64,000 nt of DNA, taken from the NCBI GenBank assembly GCA_038867615.1, contig JAWBYA010000001.1:384001-448000 (forward strand). Direction: 5' to 3'. This DNA comes from Sulfolobales archaeon. Its GTDB lineage: Archaea; Thermoproteota; Thermoprotei_A; Sulfolobales; AG1. Position numbers and translations under genes: made by a program. The notes beneath the pieces are model-generated. The model did not search any database. It had not been told where the DNA came from and worked only from the letters and a program-made list of their open reading frames with translations. Shown here piece after piece: positions 1 to 10,739 of this stretch (positions are counted from its first letter, which is position 1; each line of letters starts with the position of its first letter).

Positions 1-237
1 CTCTCTGGGTTTGGCTCAGCGTCTTCCTTCAAAGGGGTTGCGCCCTCGTAGTCCCGTATCTTGCTATTACACCCAAAGATCCTTTTAATATCCTTAGGAT
101 CTTCACTAATCTTATGCGGATCCCATTGTTCGAGACCCTTAATACTGTTCGATCTAGCATTTCTGGCTATCCGTTTCAAGCAGAGGTCTTGGTGTGCTAG
201 AGTCGAGAAGGCAAAGCCTTCCGGATATCCGGAGGTA

Positions 238-1212
238 TTAGTGCCATGTACACGTCCTGATCAGGTTTTTAATGGTATTTTCATCCAGTTCTCTTATTAT
301 TAGCTTGAGCATGATTAATGCTGAGGCGCATGATTCGCGGATCCTCTGATCCCCTATAACTACAGATCTGCCGATCATCCTGCCCACCTCCATCTCTAGA
401 AGGTCTTTAAGCAAGGCTTTGTTAGCTCTATATATAGATCCTGTGAGGGAGATCGGTATTTCGGGGCATTCAAGCTTCTTAAGGATCGTGGTTATCGAAA
501 GAGCAACTTCTCTAACCTCCTCGCCTATGATCTCTACTGCCACAGGATCTCCTTCCATGTATGCCTTGAACACGTAGGGTGCGAAGGAGGCTATCAAACC
601 CTTAGGATCTTCTGAGGAATAGATTTTAGACACAAGCTGGTGAGCGTCTGAGACATTATAGTGCTGGAAGGAATATGTTGTTAATACTGTCTTGCCGATC
701 CTTCCATCAAGAGATTTAACAACCATTGAGAGAGCCCTGGCCCCTATACTGTAGGCTCCCCCGCGATCATCGATCAGATGGCCCCAACCCCCAACCCTCC
801 AGCTCCTCCCACCACATACTCCGTAGAAGTTACTCCCGGTTCCCAGGATTCCTATAACACCGTCTCCCAGCAGGTGTGCTGAGGCATGTGCCGCTCTAAT
901 ATCCTCAAAAACCTCAACCCTTGTCTCTGGATCAAGCATTTTGGCGAGCTCTCTCTTTATATGCTCATCCCACAAACCCTCCAGATACCCCGCCATCCCA
1001 ATGCCTACACACACGATCCTTTCTCTAGGGATCTTCTCAAGAGTCCTGGCTAGTGCTTTTGAGAGGTTTTTCAGAGACCTCTCCAGGCCTATTGAGGCGG
1101 GGTTTCCAGGCCTATCGTGTCTGAAGATCTCTATCAATATTCCATCTGGATTTACTACTGCTATCTCGATCTTGCTTGCCCCAGAGTCTATTCCCAGCAC
1201 AATGTCCTTCAA
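238..1212 (-). CDS. BadF/BadG/BcrA/BcrD-family sugar kinase (N-acetylglucosamine kinase-like)
   Basis: ASKHA phosphate-1 motif GIDSGASKI; GTGSN...GGWGHLIDDRGG motif typical of BadF-type GlcNAc kinases. Confidence 0.85.
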   Translation of the reverse strand: MKDIVLGIDSGASKIEIAVVNPDGILIEIFRHDRPGNPASIGLERSLKNLSKALARTLEKIPRERIVCVGIGMAGYLEGLWDEHIKRELAKMLDPETRVEVFEDIRAAHASAHLLGDGVIGILGTGSNFYGVCGGRSWRVGGWGHLIDDRGGAYSIGARALSMVVKSLDGRIGKTVLTTYSFQHYNVSDAHQLVSKIYSSEDPKGLIASFAPYVFKAYMEGDPVAVEIIGEEVREVALSITTILKKLECPEIPISLTGSIYRANKALLKDLLEMEVGRMIGRSVVIGDQRIRESCASALIMLKLIIRELDENTIKNLIRTCTWH

Positions 1213-2081
1213 GCCGTCTCCCCGCGATAGATCATGTTTCTCAGATCCTCTAAAGAGATCTCTTTGAGTGTTTCATAACCCGTGCACTTACCCTCAAGCC
1301 ATTCTTCTAAATACTTAGATGTATAGTGATCATCCCTTGGACGGGGATACATGTTATAGATCCTATCGATCTCCTCAACCCATCCTGACGAAAGACCTTC
1401 TTCAAGATCTAGAACTCTTACCTCCTCAACAAATCCAGACCTCATCAGCACCTCGAGAATCTCTGCAATGCAACCCTTAAAATCATGATCTGCGTCGAAG
1501 ATGGCTTTATTAGCATCGGTGATCTGTGTGTTGAGTATCATGGGCTCGATCGGATCGGTATGGAGTCCTTCTTACTCTTGATATTATTCACAAACCTGAA
1601 GATCTCCACGGATCTCCCGGTTCAGAAGACCCAGTGTTCCAGCAGCCCCACAACGATCTCGAGCTCTACATCTCTCCCTGAGCTATCTCTAAAGCGGAAT
1701 GCTGTTAAGAGATCGATTATAATGTTATCATCATTACCAGTGTATAGAGCCACATCCTGCCTCCCGCATCAGCGATAGCCCTTGCAACCTCGATGGTGTG
1801 GTATCTGTTAAATGGTGCTGTCTTTATAGCCGCGAGGTTCTCGATCTCCTCAGCAAACTCCAGAACCTATATCTTGGTATGCCTCCTACAGCGGGTTGGA
1901 GATAGAATCCAGATATCGGGATCTCCTTCGCAACGGTTTTCGCATGCTCTAGGATCATGTCTTCAGAGTATCCCTTAGGCATGTGAAAGCTTAAAAGCCC
2001 TGCGTGATAGCCTAGATCCCATACTGTTCTAGCCTCCCTCACGGCCTGTGCTGTGCTTCCCACAATCCCGCCAAAGATCTC
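1209..2081 (-). pseudogene. Dihydrodipicolinate synthase-family protein, 5'-truncated and fragmented
   Basis: Consecutive family segments lie in different frames: GGIVGSTAQAVREA..GFYLQPAVGG / IENLAAIKTAPFNRYHT / ALYTGNDDNIIIDLL..GLLEHWVF* (in-frame TGA at 1622-1624) / ITDANKAIFD..GCIAEILEVL..EEIDRIY. The N-terminal part is absent. Confidence 0.8.
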
Positions 2082-2122
2082 TAATAAGGGGTTAAACTCC
2101 TCGGTCTATGTGGTGTGGTGCG

Positions 2123-3514
2123 TTAGTTGCTTTTCGGTTTTTTCCTTGCATATATTATAAGTGCTATTATTGATGTTATTATGAGTGCTGATATAGATGC
2201 ATAGTCCAGTGGGTGGGGGTATGCAGTGTTCCTGAGTATGAAGAGAACTATATATGTTATGAATCCTGTTAGTGTGAGCAGCGACACCTCTTTTCCCGAG
2301 GGTTTTTCGAAGAGCGTTAGCATGATGATCGGTACGAGGTATAGCAGTGCTGCTGAGCTGGCTACAGCAAGGATCACGACTGGTGCTACTGTGTAGTATG
2401 AGAAGATGCCTAGCGCAAGTATAATGCCTAGGACTGAGTATCTCCCCACCCTAACGCTCGCCCTACCAAGGATATCGACACTTATCACGGATGACAGTGT
2501 GAGTAATATCGAGTCTAAAGTGGATAACGCTGCAACCCACACGGCCAGGGCTAGGGCTAGAGCCATCCATTCGGGTAGGATGTTGACCATGAGGTAGGGG
2601 GTTATCTGGTTCGGATCCCGTAGATCTATTCTTACGATTCCTGAGGCTCCTAACCCTGCTACTACCATGAGGAGTGTGAGGGTAAACCCGGCTATGAGGA
2701 ACATGAGGATTCCTCTAGATAGTTCAGATCTATCCCTAGCCATATAGATTCTCTGGAGAACCTGGGGGTTTGTTATCGAGAAGAAGATCCATGGGAGTGT
2801 TAGTGATACAAACCTCTCCAAGCTCCAATAACCAAAGCCTCCTGGGAGTGTGTGGAGCTGTGGCTGTGACGATGCTAGCCCTGGGGCTAGGTATGCTGCG
2901 AAGAGGAGCGCTATGGTGAGGAAGAATGATCCCTGGAGTATATCTGTATACATAACCCCCCTCAAACCACCATAAAATACGTATATAAATACAGTCGTAA
3001 GGGTTGCGAGGATCGCTACCTCCCTTGGAAGCCCTAGGAAGCTTAGTACCACAGCAGGCCCTATGATCTGGACGCTCATATATGGTATCATAAAGCCTAG
3101 ATATGTTAGCGAGACAATATATCTAGCAGCCCTCGAGCCGTTCTCGGCATAGATAATCTGTGTGGGGGTTATTAGCTTCAGTGATCTCGCCTTCTCAAGG
3201 ATCCTTGGTGCGAGGAGGCTTAGAAGCGCTGCAGTTCCCATTAGATATATAAGCTCGAAGCCAAGGGTTCCTACACCATAGAGGTATGTGAACCCCACCA
3301 GCCCGACGAACATGAACGCGCTATATGTTGTTGCAAAGTATGTGAAGAAAAAGTGGATCTTACTAAGAGTCCTACCACCTAAATAATACTCCTCAACAGA
3401 CCTCAGAGCACCCCTCCTCCTCGCAACCACACCCAACAACATACTTGCAAGCATGAATACTGAGAAGAGGGCTATGAGCGGGAAGTAGAGCTCCCCACTG
3501 CTCATGGGGATCAC
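2123..3514 (-). CDS. Sodium:solute symporter (SSS) family permease
   Basis: About 13 hydrophobic segments; EYYLGGR, ATTYSAFMFVG, GGLRGVMYTDILQG, PQVLQR and STLDS motifs. Confidence 0.9.
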   Translation of the reverse strand: MIPMSSGELYFPLIALFSVFMLASMLLGVVARRRGALRSVEEYYLGGRTLSKIHFFFTYFATTYSAFMFVGLVGFTYLYGVGTLGFELIYLMGTAALLSLLAPRILEKARSLKLITPTQIIYAENGSRAARYIVSLTYLGFMIPYMSVQIIGPAVVLSFLGLPREVAILATLTTVFIYVFYGGLRGVMYTDILQGSFFLTIALLFAAYLAPGLASSQPQLHTLPGGFGYWSLERFVSLTLPWIFFSITNPQVLQRIYMARDRSELSRGILMFLIAGFTLTLLMVVAGLGASGIVRIDLRDPNQITPYLMVNILPEWMALALALAVWVAALSTLDSILLTLSSVISVDILGRASVRVGRYSVLGIILALGIFSYYTVAPVVILAVASSAALLYLVPIIMLTLFEKPSGKEVSLLTLTGFITYIVLFILRNTAYPHPLDYASISALIITSIIALIIYARKKPKSN

Positions 3515-3696
3515 CTCCTAAGTGCTAGATAGGCCAGCAGTATGGAGATAATTGCTGCAAGGGACCAGAAAGTGAATAAAACATAGGGTGGTGGCGAGCT
3601 TAGAAGCGTGTAGGGTATTATGAAGGATGCTAGTATCAGTGCTGCAAATAATATAGCATAGACCCCTTTATCGGAAACCTTGGAGCGTCTAAACAC
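3511..3696 (-). CDS. Small two-TM membrane protein, probable SSS accessory subunit
   Basis: 61 aa with two hydrophobic helices; stop overlaps the SSS start codon, as is typical for SSS partner genes. Confidence 0.7.
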   Translation of the reverse strand: MFRRSKVSDKGVYAILFAALILASFIIPYTLLSSPPPYVLFTFWSLAAIISILLAYLALRR

Positions 3697-3936
3697 GATA
3701 ATCTCCGAACATATGTTCGTTTTACAGCCTTATAAATAAAGACTTAATCTCTAAAGAATAAAAGCCATGTTATGCGAGACCAGGAAAACCCATTGAATCC
3801 CTCTCAATCCTATAGTAGATCTTCGCTATACGTATTTATTCTCTGAATTGTAGGTATATAGCCTGGTTTGGATTGATTTAAAAATACTGCTATGCATGGA
3901 TATTAGGAGCCTGTTCTTATTCATCCCGGTGGGATT

Positions 3937-4896
3937 CTGGTTTCCTTCAACCTACGGGATGTTTATAGGGCTAGGAGTGTGATTAGCAAGTATGTGGTTA
4001 GAACACCGCTGAGGTATTCGAGAAGGCTTTCAAGGCTCTTTGGCTTTGATGTTTATCTAAAGCTTGAGAACACACAGATCATGAGATCGTTTAAGGTGAG
4101 GGGAGGGATTCACTATATGAGTGTAATGGGCGATGAGGCTATTAAGAGAGGCGTTATCACAGCGTCTATGGGCAATCATGCCCAGTCCGTTGCCTATGCA
4201 TCGCTGGTCTTTGGGGCTAGATCCACTATAGTCATGCCCCACGGTGTTTCGAGGGTGAAGGTAGAGGCTCTCAGGGATCTCGGGGCTGAGGTGATCTTCC
4301 ATGGCAAGATCTTTGAAGAGGCTAGAGAGTATGCTGAAAAGCTAGCCATGGATAGGGGTATGCTGTATATCCATCCAGTTAACGAGATCCTACTCTACCC
4401 AGGAGTTGCTACAATGCATCTCGAAAACATAGAGGATCTCCCCGACGTTGACGTTGTAATAAACCCAATAGGAGGAGGCTCGGGCGCTAGCGGTGCTGTG
4501 GTTGTTGCCAAGAGCGTTGATCCCAGGATAAAGGTGATAGGCGTCCAGGCCGAGGGTGCTCAGAGCTTCTACCAGTCATGGTTGCAGAAGAGGCTAGTGA
4601 GCACTGGAAAAGCCGACACAATAGCAGAAGGTATAGCTACCTCAAAAGCATATGAGCTGCCGTTCACAATACTGAGGGATAGGATAGACAATATAGTGCT
4701 TGTGAATGATAACGAGATCATAAGGGCCGTAAAGATCCTGGCGGAGGTCGAGGGCGTGATCGCTGAGCCAGCAGGGGCGGCAGCACTTGCAGCCGCAGTA
4801 AAGCTAGGATCTAATTTAGCTAACAAGAAAGTAATAGTCATGGTCACGGGAGGAAATATAGATCCCGAAGCCCTGGTTAGATATATACAGGCCTAG
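3937..4896 (+). CDS. Threonine/serine dehydratase (PLP-dependent, fold type II)
   Basis: LKLENTQ..SFKVRG PLP-lysine motif, SMGNHAQ, PIGGGSG, EPAGA. Frame is open to a CTG at 3937 behind a GGTG site; the track start is 3979. Confidence 0.88.
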   Translation: MVSFNLRDVYRARSVISKYVVRTPLRYSRRLSRLFGFDVYLKLENTQIMRSFKVRGGIHYMSVMGDEAIKRGVITASMGNHAQSVAYASLVFGARSTIVMPHGVSRVKVEALRDLGAEVIFHGKIFEEAREYAEKLAMDRGMLYIHPVNEILLYPGVATMHLENIEDLPDVDVVINPIGGGSGASGAVVVAKSVDPRIKVIGVQAEGAQSFYQSWLQKRLVSTGKADTIAEGIATSKAYELPFTILRDRIDNIVLVNDNEIIRAVKILAEVEGVIAEPAGAAALAAAVKLGSNLANKKVIVMVTGGNIDPEALVRYIQA

Positions 4897-5006
4897 AGAT
4901 CCTAGCTTTAATAATTCATAGACCGATCTAGAAGCATTACCAACAAACAGAGCATCATGGATATATTACATTAAAAATCATAATATAGGAGGATTGCAGC
5001 CTAGTA

Positions 5007-5585
5007 TTATGTGTGGCTTTCGCCTTGTCTTCTGCTTTTGGCAAACATCTCTATAATCTCATCGACGGTCATTATTTTTGCGTTATAGATGTTCTCGAGG
5101 TATTTCAATCCCTGCTCGTGATCCTCTTGTGAGAAGGATTCTACACCATCTTTTGCCACGACTATCTTGTAGCCTCTGAAGAACGCATCTGCAGCTGTAT
5201 GCCTTACACAGATGTTTGTGTGTAAACCGCCTAGAATGACTGTTTTTACTCCTTCGCCATTGTAGAGGCTTTTCAAAAGTGAATCCATGCCTGTCTCGTG
5301 GAAGCAGCTGTAAACCCTCTTCTCCACGATGAGATCCTTATCTGTTGGTTTAAGCTCTGGGATAACCTCAGCGCCTTTAGTGCCTTTTATTGCGTGTTCT
5401 CCCCAGCGGTTAACAACTTCGAAATCGAATGGATAGTGGGCATCACCGCAATAGATCACAGGAACACCATATGTGCGGGCTGCCTCGATGAGCTTTTTAA
5501 GGTTGGGGATTATCCGTTGTGCCCTCTCGCATTTCAGGGCTCCTGTAACGAAGTCGTTGAGCATGTCGATCACTATTACGCTCAT
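5007..5585 (-). CDS. Isochorismatase/nicotinamidase-family cysteine hydrolase
   Basis: IVIDMLNDF, D-x-H, KRVYSCF, GLHTNICVRHTA (Asp-Lys-Cys triad); start could extend to 5645. Confidence 0.88.
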   Translation of the reverse strand: MSVIVIDMLNDFVTGALKCERAQRIIPNLKKLIEAARTYGVPVIYCGDAHYPFDFEVVNRWGEHAIKGTKGAEVIPELKPTDKDLIVEKRVYSCFHETGMDSLLKSLYNGEGVKTVILGGLHTNICVRHTAADAFFRGYKIVVAKDGVESFSQEDHEQGLKYLENIYNAKIMTVDEIIEMFAKSRRQGESHT

Positions 5586-5806
5586 TCTTTCCGATGTATT
5601 CTGGGAGGTCAAGGGTTTCTCCCATAACGAACATGTGTTCGCCACTTATAAATTTACTTGTCATGTATTATCAGCCATAGAAACAGGTTCGTTTGCCATG
5701 CTTAATAAATAATGGGTTAGGAATAAGGATCCTCTGCAAATCCTGCTGCTCAACGCTAAAAGCATGTTTGCATGTAAAGATCCGACTGGGGGATCCCATA
5801 TAACCA

Positions 5807-6601
5807 CTATAGATCCACTATGAGGCTCCCTGGCTCACATCTATACCAGCAGAGCTTCTCGGCTAGTAAGGCTGTTTTGCCTATAACTATTAGTGAGGGG
5901 TTTTTAAAATCATGCCTAGCCATGTTTTCTGGTAGTTTTTCCAGCGATGTTACTAGGGTTCTCTGCTCTTCTGTTGTTCCCTTCTCTATGACTGCTACTG
6001 GTGTGTTTGGATCTATTCCGCTGGCTAGCAGCTCCCTCACTATCTCTCCTGCTCTCGCCACGCCCATGAGGATCACTAGTGTGTCGACAACCCTGGCTAT
6101 TGCTGCTAGGTCTATGCTTCTCTCCTTACCCTCAGCCTCTCTCCCTGGGAGTATGGCTACTGATGATGAGATCCTTCTATGGGTTATTGGTATGCCTGCG
6201 TAGGCTGGCACAGCATAGATCGATGATACCCCTGGCACTACTTCGTAGCACACACCGCTCTCTCTGAGGATCTCCATCTCCTCACCGCCTCTTCCAAAGA
6301 CTATTGGGTCTCCTCCCTTGAGCCTCACAACGATCTCTCCCTTCATGGCTCTCTTCACCATGATCCTGTTGATCTCTTCCTGCGTATACTCATGCCTCCC
6401 AGGCTCTTTACCAACATGGATTATCTCGCACCCAGGCTTGGCATAGCTGAGGAGCTCTTTGGGTACAAGTCTGTCAACAAGGATCACGTCGGCTATCGAT
6501 ATAGCCCTTAACCCCTTGAGGGTTATTAGCCCCGGATCTCCTGGCCCAGCCCCAACCAAGTATACTATACCACTAGATCTGCACCCTCGATTCCCGCTCA
6601 A
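5807..6601 (-). CDS. cobA: Uroporphyrinogen-III C-methyltransferase
   Basis: VGAGPGDPGLIT, RLKGGDPIVFGRGGEE, VPGVSS motifs; lies in the hem operon. Confidence 0.95.
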   Translation of the reverse strand: MSGNRGCRSSGIVYLVGAGPGDPGLITLKGLRAISIADVILVDRLVPKELLSYAKPGCEIIHVGKEPGRHEYTQEEINRIMVKRAMKGEIVVRLKGGDPIVFGRGGEEMEILRESGVCYEVVPGVSSIYAVPAYAGIPITHRRISSSVAILPGREAEGKERSIDLAAIARVVDTLVILMGVARAGEIVRELLASGIDPNTPVAVIEKGTTEEQRTLVTSLEKLPENMARHDFKNPSLIVIGKTALLAEKLCWYRCEPGSLIVDL

Positions 6602-6604
6602 ACT

Positions 6605-7534
6605 CTATTCTTCCTCCAACCCCCCGCTAGTCTTTCTAGACCATTCTTCAACAAGCTCTAAGCCTCCTTCCCTCTCAAACCTCTTGAAGATCTTGTTAAC
6701 GATCTCGTCCACACCGAGTCCTTGGTACCTCTCCTCAAAATAGATCCTAGATATATAGTCCGGCGATACAAGCGAGACTATAACCGTGATCCCGTTATCG
6801 CCAGCCTCTGCGGTAACCCCTACTGGCGCTCTACACCCAGCTTTAAGGGCGCTTATAAAGCCCCTCTCTATAGAGGTCTCGATCCTCGAGATAGGATCAT
6901 CGATCATGGAGGCAATCTTGACAGCCTCTGACCCCTTCCTAGCAACAACTGCTAGAGCCCCCTGCCCAGCCTGGGGTGTGATTATATATGGGCTTACAGG
7001 CTCGTAGTCATTATGGCCTATCCTCTGAAGCCCAGCCTCTGCCAGCACTACCGCGTCCACCTCAACCCCGATCTTCCTTATCCTCGTATCTATATTCCCC
7101 CTAATCGCTTTGACGCTAAGATCCCTCCTATGGTATAGTATATGTGATGCTCTTCTAAGACTCCCAGTACCTATGATAGCCCCGCTATGTATAGCTTCTA
7201 GAGAGCCACGGCTTTTGGGGATTATCGCATCCCTTCTAGATCTTCTTCTAGGTATTGCGGCTATGTCAAGGTCTTCTGGTGTTTTTGTTGGATAGTCCTT
7301 GAGGGAGTGGATGGCAAGATCTATTGAGCCTTTCATAAGCTCGAGATCGATCTCCTTGGTGAAGATACCTGGCGATCCTATATCCCTTATGCTGCTCCTC
7401 ATAACATCCCCCTTGGTTTTTATTCTCACTATTTCGAACTCGATCTCTGGGAAGATCTTTTTAATCTCCTCGATAACCTCTAGGGTTTGCTTAACCGCCA
7501 GTAAGCTACCCCTGGTTCCGACCCTTAGTTTCAA
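6605..7534 (-). CDS. hemC: Hydroxymethylbilane synthase (porphobilinogen deaminase)
   Basis: GTRGSLLA, HSLKD, GTGSLRR, RGNIDTR, and cofactor Cys in AGCRAP. Confidence 0.95.
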   Translation of the reverse strand: MKLRVGTRGSLLAVKQTLEVIEEIKKIFPEIEFEIVRIKTKGDVMRSSIRDIGSPGIFTKEIDLELMKGSIDLAIHSLKDYPTKTPEDLDIAAIPRRRSRRDAIIPKSRGSLEAIHSGAIIGTGSLRRASHILYHRRDLSVKAIRGNIDTRIRKIGVEVDAVVLAEAGLQRIGHNDYEPVSPYIITPQAGQGALAVVARKGSEAVKIASMIDDPISRIETSIERGFISALKAGCRAPVGVTAEAGDNGITVIVSLVSPDYISRIYFEERYQGLGVDEIVNKIFKRFEREGGLELVEEWSRKTSGGLEEE

Positions 7535-8820
7535 GAGATCCTCCCCAGAGCCTCTCTAATAGCCTCGATGGTGATCGAGAGATCCTCGTCTGTATGTGCG
7601 TATGAGGGGAACCAGGCTTCGAGCTGGGATGGTGGTATGAAAACACCTCTCTTCATTAACTCTAGGTGGAACTCGCTGTAGAGCTTTGTATTGCTTTTCA
7701 CAGCATTGCTGTAGTTCCTCACAGGCCCTCTCGCCATGAAGATCTGGAGCATTCCTTCGAACCTGTTAACATGGGCATTAATCCCTCTCCCGCTGATCAC
7801 TCTCTCGGCTTCTTCCTCGATCTCGGAAGCTATCTTCCTAAGCCTACTATAGATCTTACCACCCTCCCTCTCCACAGCATCGAGGGTTGCTATAGCAGCA
7901 GCGACAGAGACAGGGTTTCCGCTATATGTTCCAGCCTGGTATACAGGGCCTGATGGTGCTATAAGCTCCATGATCCTTTTTCCACCTGCGTATGCTGCTA
8001 TGGGGAGTCCTGAGCCTAGGGCTTTTCCTATTGTTATTAGATCTGCTTTTATCCCGAAATACTCCTGGGCTCCTCCGGGTGCTATTCTAAAGCCCGTTAC
8101 GATCTCGTCGAAGATTAATAGGCATCCGTAGGTGTTGCACAGCTCTCTAGCTGTTTTGAGGAACTCTGTATCTGGTGGTACGAGCCCCATGTTGGCTGCG
8201 ACTGGCTCGAGTATTATTGCTGCTACTGTGTCGCCATGGATCCTCATTACTTTTTCAAGCCCCTCGGGATCGTTGTACTCTGTGACAAGGGTTTTTGCAG
8301 CTGCGTCTCTTAAAACACCTTTGTGGGAGGGTATCCCAGCAGCACCTGATCCTGGTGATACTAATACGTAGTCGTGGGATCCGTGGAAGCAGCCTCTGAA
8401 TTTAACTATATATTCCCTCTCGGTATAGCCTCTTGCAAGCCTTATAGCACTCATAGTAGCCTCTGTACCTGTGTTGACAAGCCTGACCATCTCTATATTT
8501 GGGATCATCTTGATCAGTTTTTCAGCAAGGATCACCTCGGCTTCTGTGGGCATTCCGTAAAGAACACCGTTCCAGAGGATCTCGGAGATCCTTTTGACAA
8601 GCCATTCAGGCGAATGCCCAAAGAGGTTTGCCCCATAGCCCATCACATAGTCTATATAGCTGTTCCCATCAACGTCATATACCCTCGATCCCCTCGCTCT
8701 CGCTATGAATACCGGGTATGGTTTGAAAGCCCTTACCGGGCTGTTAACACCTCCCGGTATGAGTCTCAATGCCTTGTCATAAAGCTCCCTGCTCCTTCCT
8801 GTCCCAAGCATTTCTACCAT
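7531..8820 (-). CDS. hemL: Glutamate-1-semialdehyde 2,1-aminomutase
   Basis: PGGVNSPVRAF, NTGTEATMSAIRLAR, FDEIVTGFR, YQAGTYSGNP. Confidence 0.95.
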   Translation of the reverse strand: MVEMLGTGRSRELYDKALRLIPGGVNSPVRAFKPYPVFIARARGSRVYDVDGNSYIDYVMGYGANLFGHSPEWLVKRISEILWNGVLYGMPTEAEVILAEKLIKMIPNIEMVRLVNTGTEATMSAIRLARGYTEREYIVKFRGCFHGSHDYVLVSPGSGAAGIPSHKGVLRDAAAKTLVTEYNDPEGLEKVMRIHGDTVAAIILEPVAANMGLVPPDTEFLKTARELCNTYGCLLIFDEIVTGFRIAPGGAQEYFGIKADLITIGKALGSGLPIAAYAGGKRIMELIAPSGPVYQAGTYSGNPVSVAAAIATLDAVEREGGKIYSRLRKIASEIEEEAERVISGRGINAHVNRFEGMLQIFMARGPVRNYSNAVKSNTKLYSEFHLELMKRGVFIPPSQLEAWFPSYAHTDEDLSITIEAIREALGRIS

Positions 8821-8824
8821 TGAA

Positions 8825-9829
8825 TCATCTCCCCAGAAGCTCTGGGATCTTGTATGCGTAGTATGTTATTATTATATCAGCCCCAGCCCTCTTAATAGCT
8901 GTGAGGGCTTCGAGGACTGCTTGGTTCTCCGATATATAGCCGCTCATAGCTGCGGCCTTGATCATTAGATACTCACCGCTAACGCTATATACGGCTAGGG
9001 GGATCTCTGGGAAGTTATCCTTTATAAGCCTTACTATGTCTAGATACCAGAGCCCTGGCTTAACCATAACTATATCAGCACCCTCCGCTATATCCATCTC
9101 AACCTCTTTCAAGGCTTCCCAGGAGTTCCTTGGATCCATTTGATAGCCTCTCCTATCACCGAACTGGGGTTTTGATGAGGCTGCTAGTCTGAATGGTCCA
9201 TATAATGATGATGCGTATTTGGCTGAGTATGACATTATAGCTATGTCGCTGAACCCCTCGGAGTCTAGGGCTTCTCTTATAGCGCCTACCTGCCCGTCCA
9301 TCATTGCTGATGGTGCTACTATATCTGCACCTGCTTCTGCATGGCTTACAGCGATCCTCGAGAGGATCTTTATGCTCTCATCGTTATCAACAACATATCC
9401 AGAGCCTTTCTTAACAATTATTCCGCAGTGGCCGTGATCTGTGTAGGAGCATACACATACATCTGTAGCTATGAGCACATCATCGCCATACTCCCTCCTG
9501 ATATTCCTAAGCGCTCTCTGCACAGGGCCCTCGCTATTATAGGCCCTCTTAGCCATGGGATCTTTCTCTGAGGGGACGCCGAAGACCAGGATATTCTTGA
9601 TCCCGGCTTCTAGGAGTTCTCCAACGAATTTCACAACACCTTCTACAGAGTATCTATACTGATCCGGCATGGACTCGATAGCCACTCTATCCCCGCTAAT
9701 CTCTTCATCGACAAACACAGGCTGTACTAGAGCCTCTATAGAGAGCCTTGACTGGGATACAAGATCCCTGATACCCTGTGTCCTCCTAAGCCTCCTAGGC
9801 CTTATGACGGGATATCTATAGATCCCCAT
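8825..9829 (-). CDS. hemB: Porphobilinogen synthase (Zn-type ALA dehydratase)
   Basis: RPRRLR, DVCVCSYTDHGHCG Zn site, MSYSAKYAS, MVKPG; start taken at ATG 9829. Confidence 0.95.
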   Translation of the reverse strand: MGIYRYPVIRPRRLRRTQGIRDLVSQSRLSIEALVQPVFVDEEISGDRVAIESMPDQYRYSVEGVVKFVGELLEAGIKNILVFGVPSEKDPMAKRAYNSEGPVQRALRNIRREYGDDVLIATDVCVCSYTDHGHCGIIVKKGSGYVVDNDESIKILSRIAVSHAEAGADIVAPSAMMDGQVGAIREALDSEGFSDIAIMSYSAKYASSLYGPFRLAASSKPQFGDRRGYQMDPRNSWEALKEVEMDIAEGADIVMVKPGLWYLDIVRLIKDNFPEIPLAVYSVSGEYLMIKAAAMSGYISENQAVLEALTAIKRAGADIIITYYAYKIPELLGR

Positions 9830-10420
9830 GAGAAGCCCGGTAGTGGGAGCTCTCGGCGGATTAAAAGGTTCTCTTAACCATAAATAGCTACTCATGGGTA
9901 CTGGGTTGCTAGCATCCTTACCGTTAAAGTCAGGCTTTGTTTCTAGTATTCAGGTTTAATAGATCGCTGTCTAAGTATTTCCCCAAGATCTCAATATAGC
10001 TTGTAAGTATATTTCATATCCTCTTCGTTTAATACGTTGCATGTCTTTTTCCTCGCACCTGATACATGTGTTTATGTGCCTTAGCCCTGTTTAGGGAGAT
10101 AGGATCTAGCTGTTTAAGGTTTAGGCTAGCGACTCTAGAGATCTGAAAGAACGTTTAAAGGCACTATTGATATGGTGTTTCTGCTTTCTATCTTCTTTTT
10201 TGCCAATCATCCAGTCATTCTTACTAAGCCTTCGTCTAGGAACTCCTGCGCTTCTTCCATATGCTCCGGGTATTACAGATCTTGAGCTTATGCATTATAA
10301 GACCTATAGGATCTGGCAGGAGGAGTGATATGATCATTATAAACCTTCATGATATCTGAAATGGTTTGTGAAGGCGTAAGCTATAAAAAGGCTAGAAGAA
10401 ATAGATATGGGATGATTTTC

Positions 10421-10666
10421 ATGAGCAAGGCGATTGTTTTGATAAACACGGATGTAGGTGCCGAGGAGGAGGTATTTAACCAGCTATCAAAAATACCCAA
10501 CGTTACCGAGGTCTATATAGTGTATGGTGTATACGATGTTGTTGCCATGGTTTCTGCAAAGTCTCAGGATGAGTTGAGGGAGATCATTGTTAGGCATATA
10601 AGGAGAATGCCTAAGGTTAGATCTACGACGACCATGATGGTTGTTGAGGAGTCTAAGAAGGGGTAG
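10421..10666 (+). CDS. Stand-alone Lrp/AsnC ligand-binding (RAM) domain protein
   Basis: AIVLIN..EVYIVYGVYDVVA..IRRMPKVRSTTT with no HTH; start taken at ATG 10421. Confidence 0.85.
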   Translation: MSKAIVLINTDVGAEEEVFNQLSKIPNVTEVYIVYGVYDVVAMVSAKSQDELREIIVRHIRRMPKVRSTTTMMVVEESKKG

Positions 10667-10739
10667 TGCTCCGCCTTATCCACTAACTATAATCTAGAAT
10701 CTTTTCTCTCTAAACATAGTGTTCTTTGGTGCTATATGG

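Noticed and set aside
1-240. Open minus-strand frame running off the left edge (..GYPEGFAFSTLAHQDLCLKRIARN..)
   Set aside because: No convincing start codon or RBS and no recognisable motif; cannot be supported as a gene.
1209-1541. 110-aa ORF (and the 79-aa ORF 1824-2063) as independent genes
   Set aside because: They are fragments of one DHDPS-family pseudogene.
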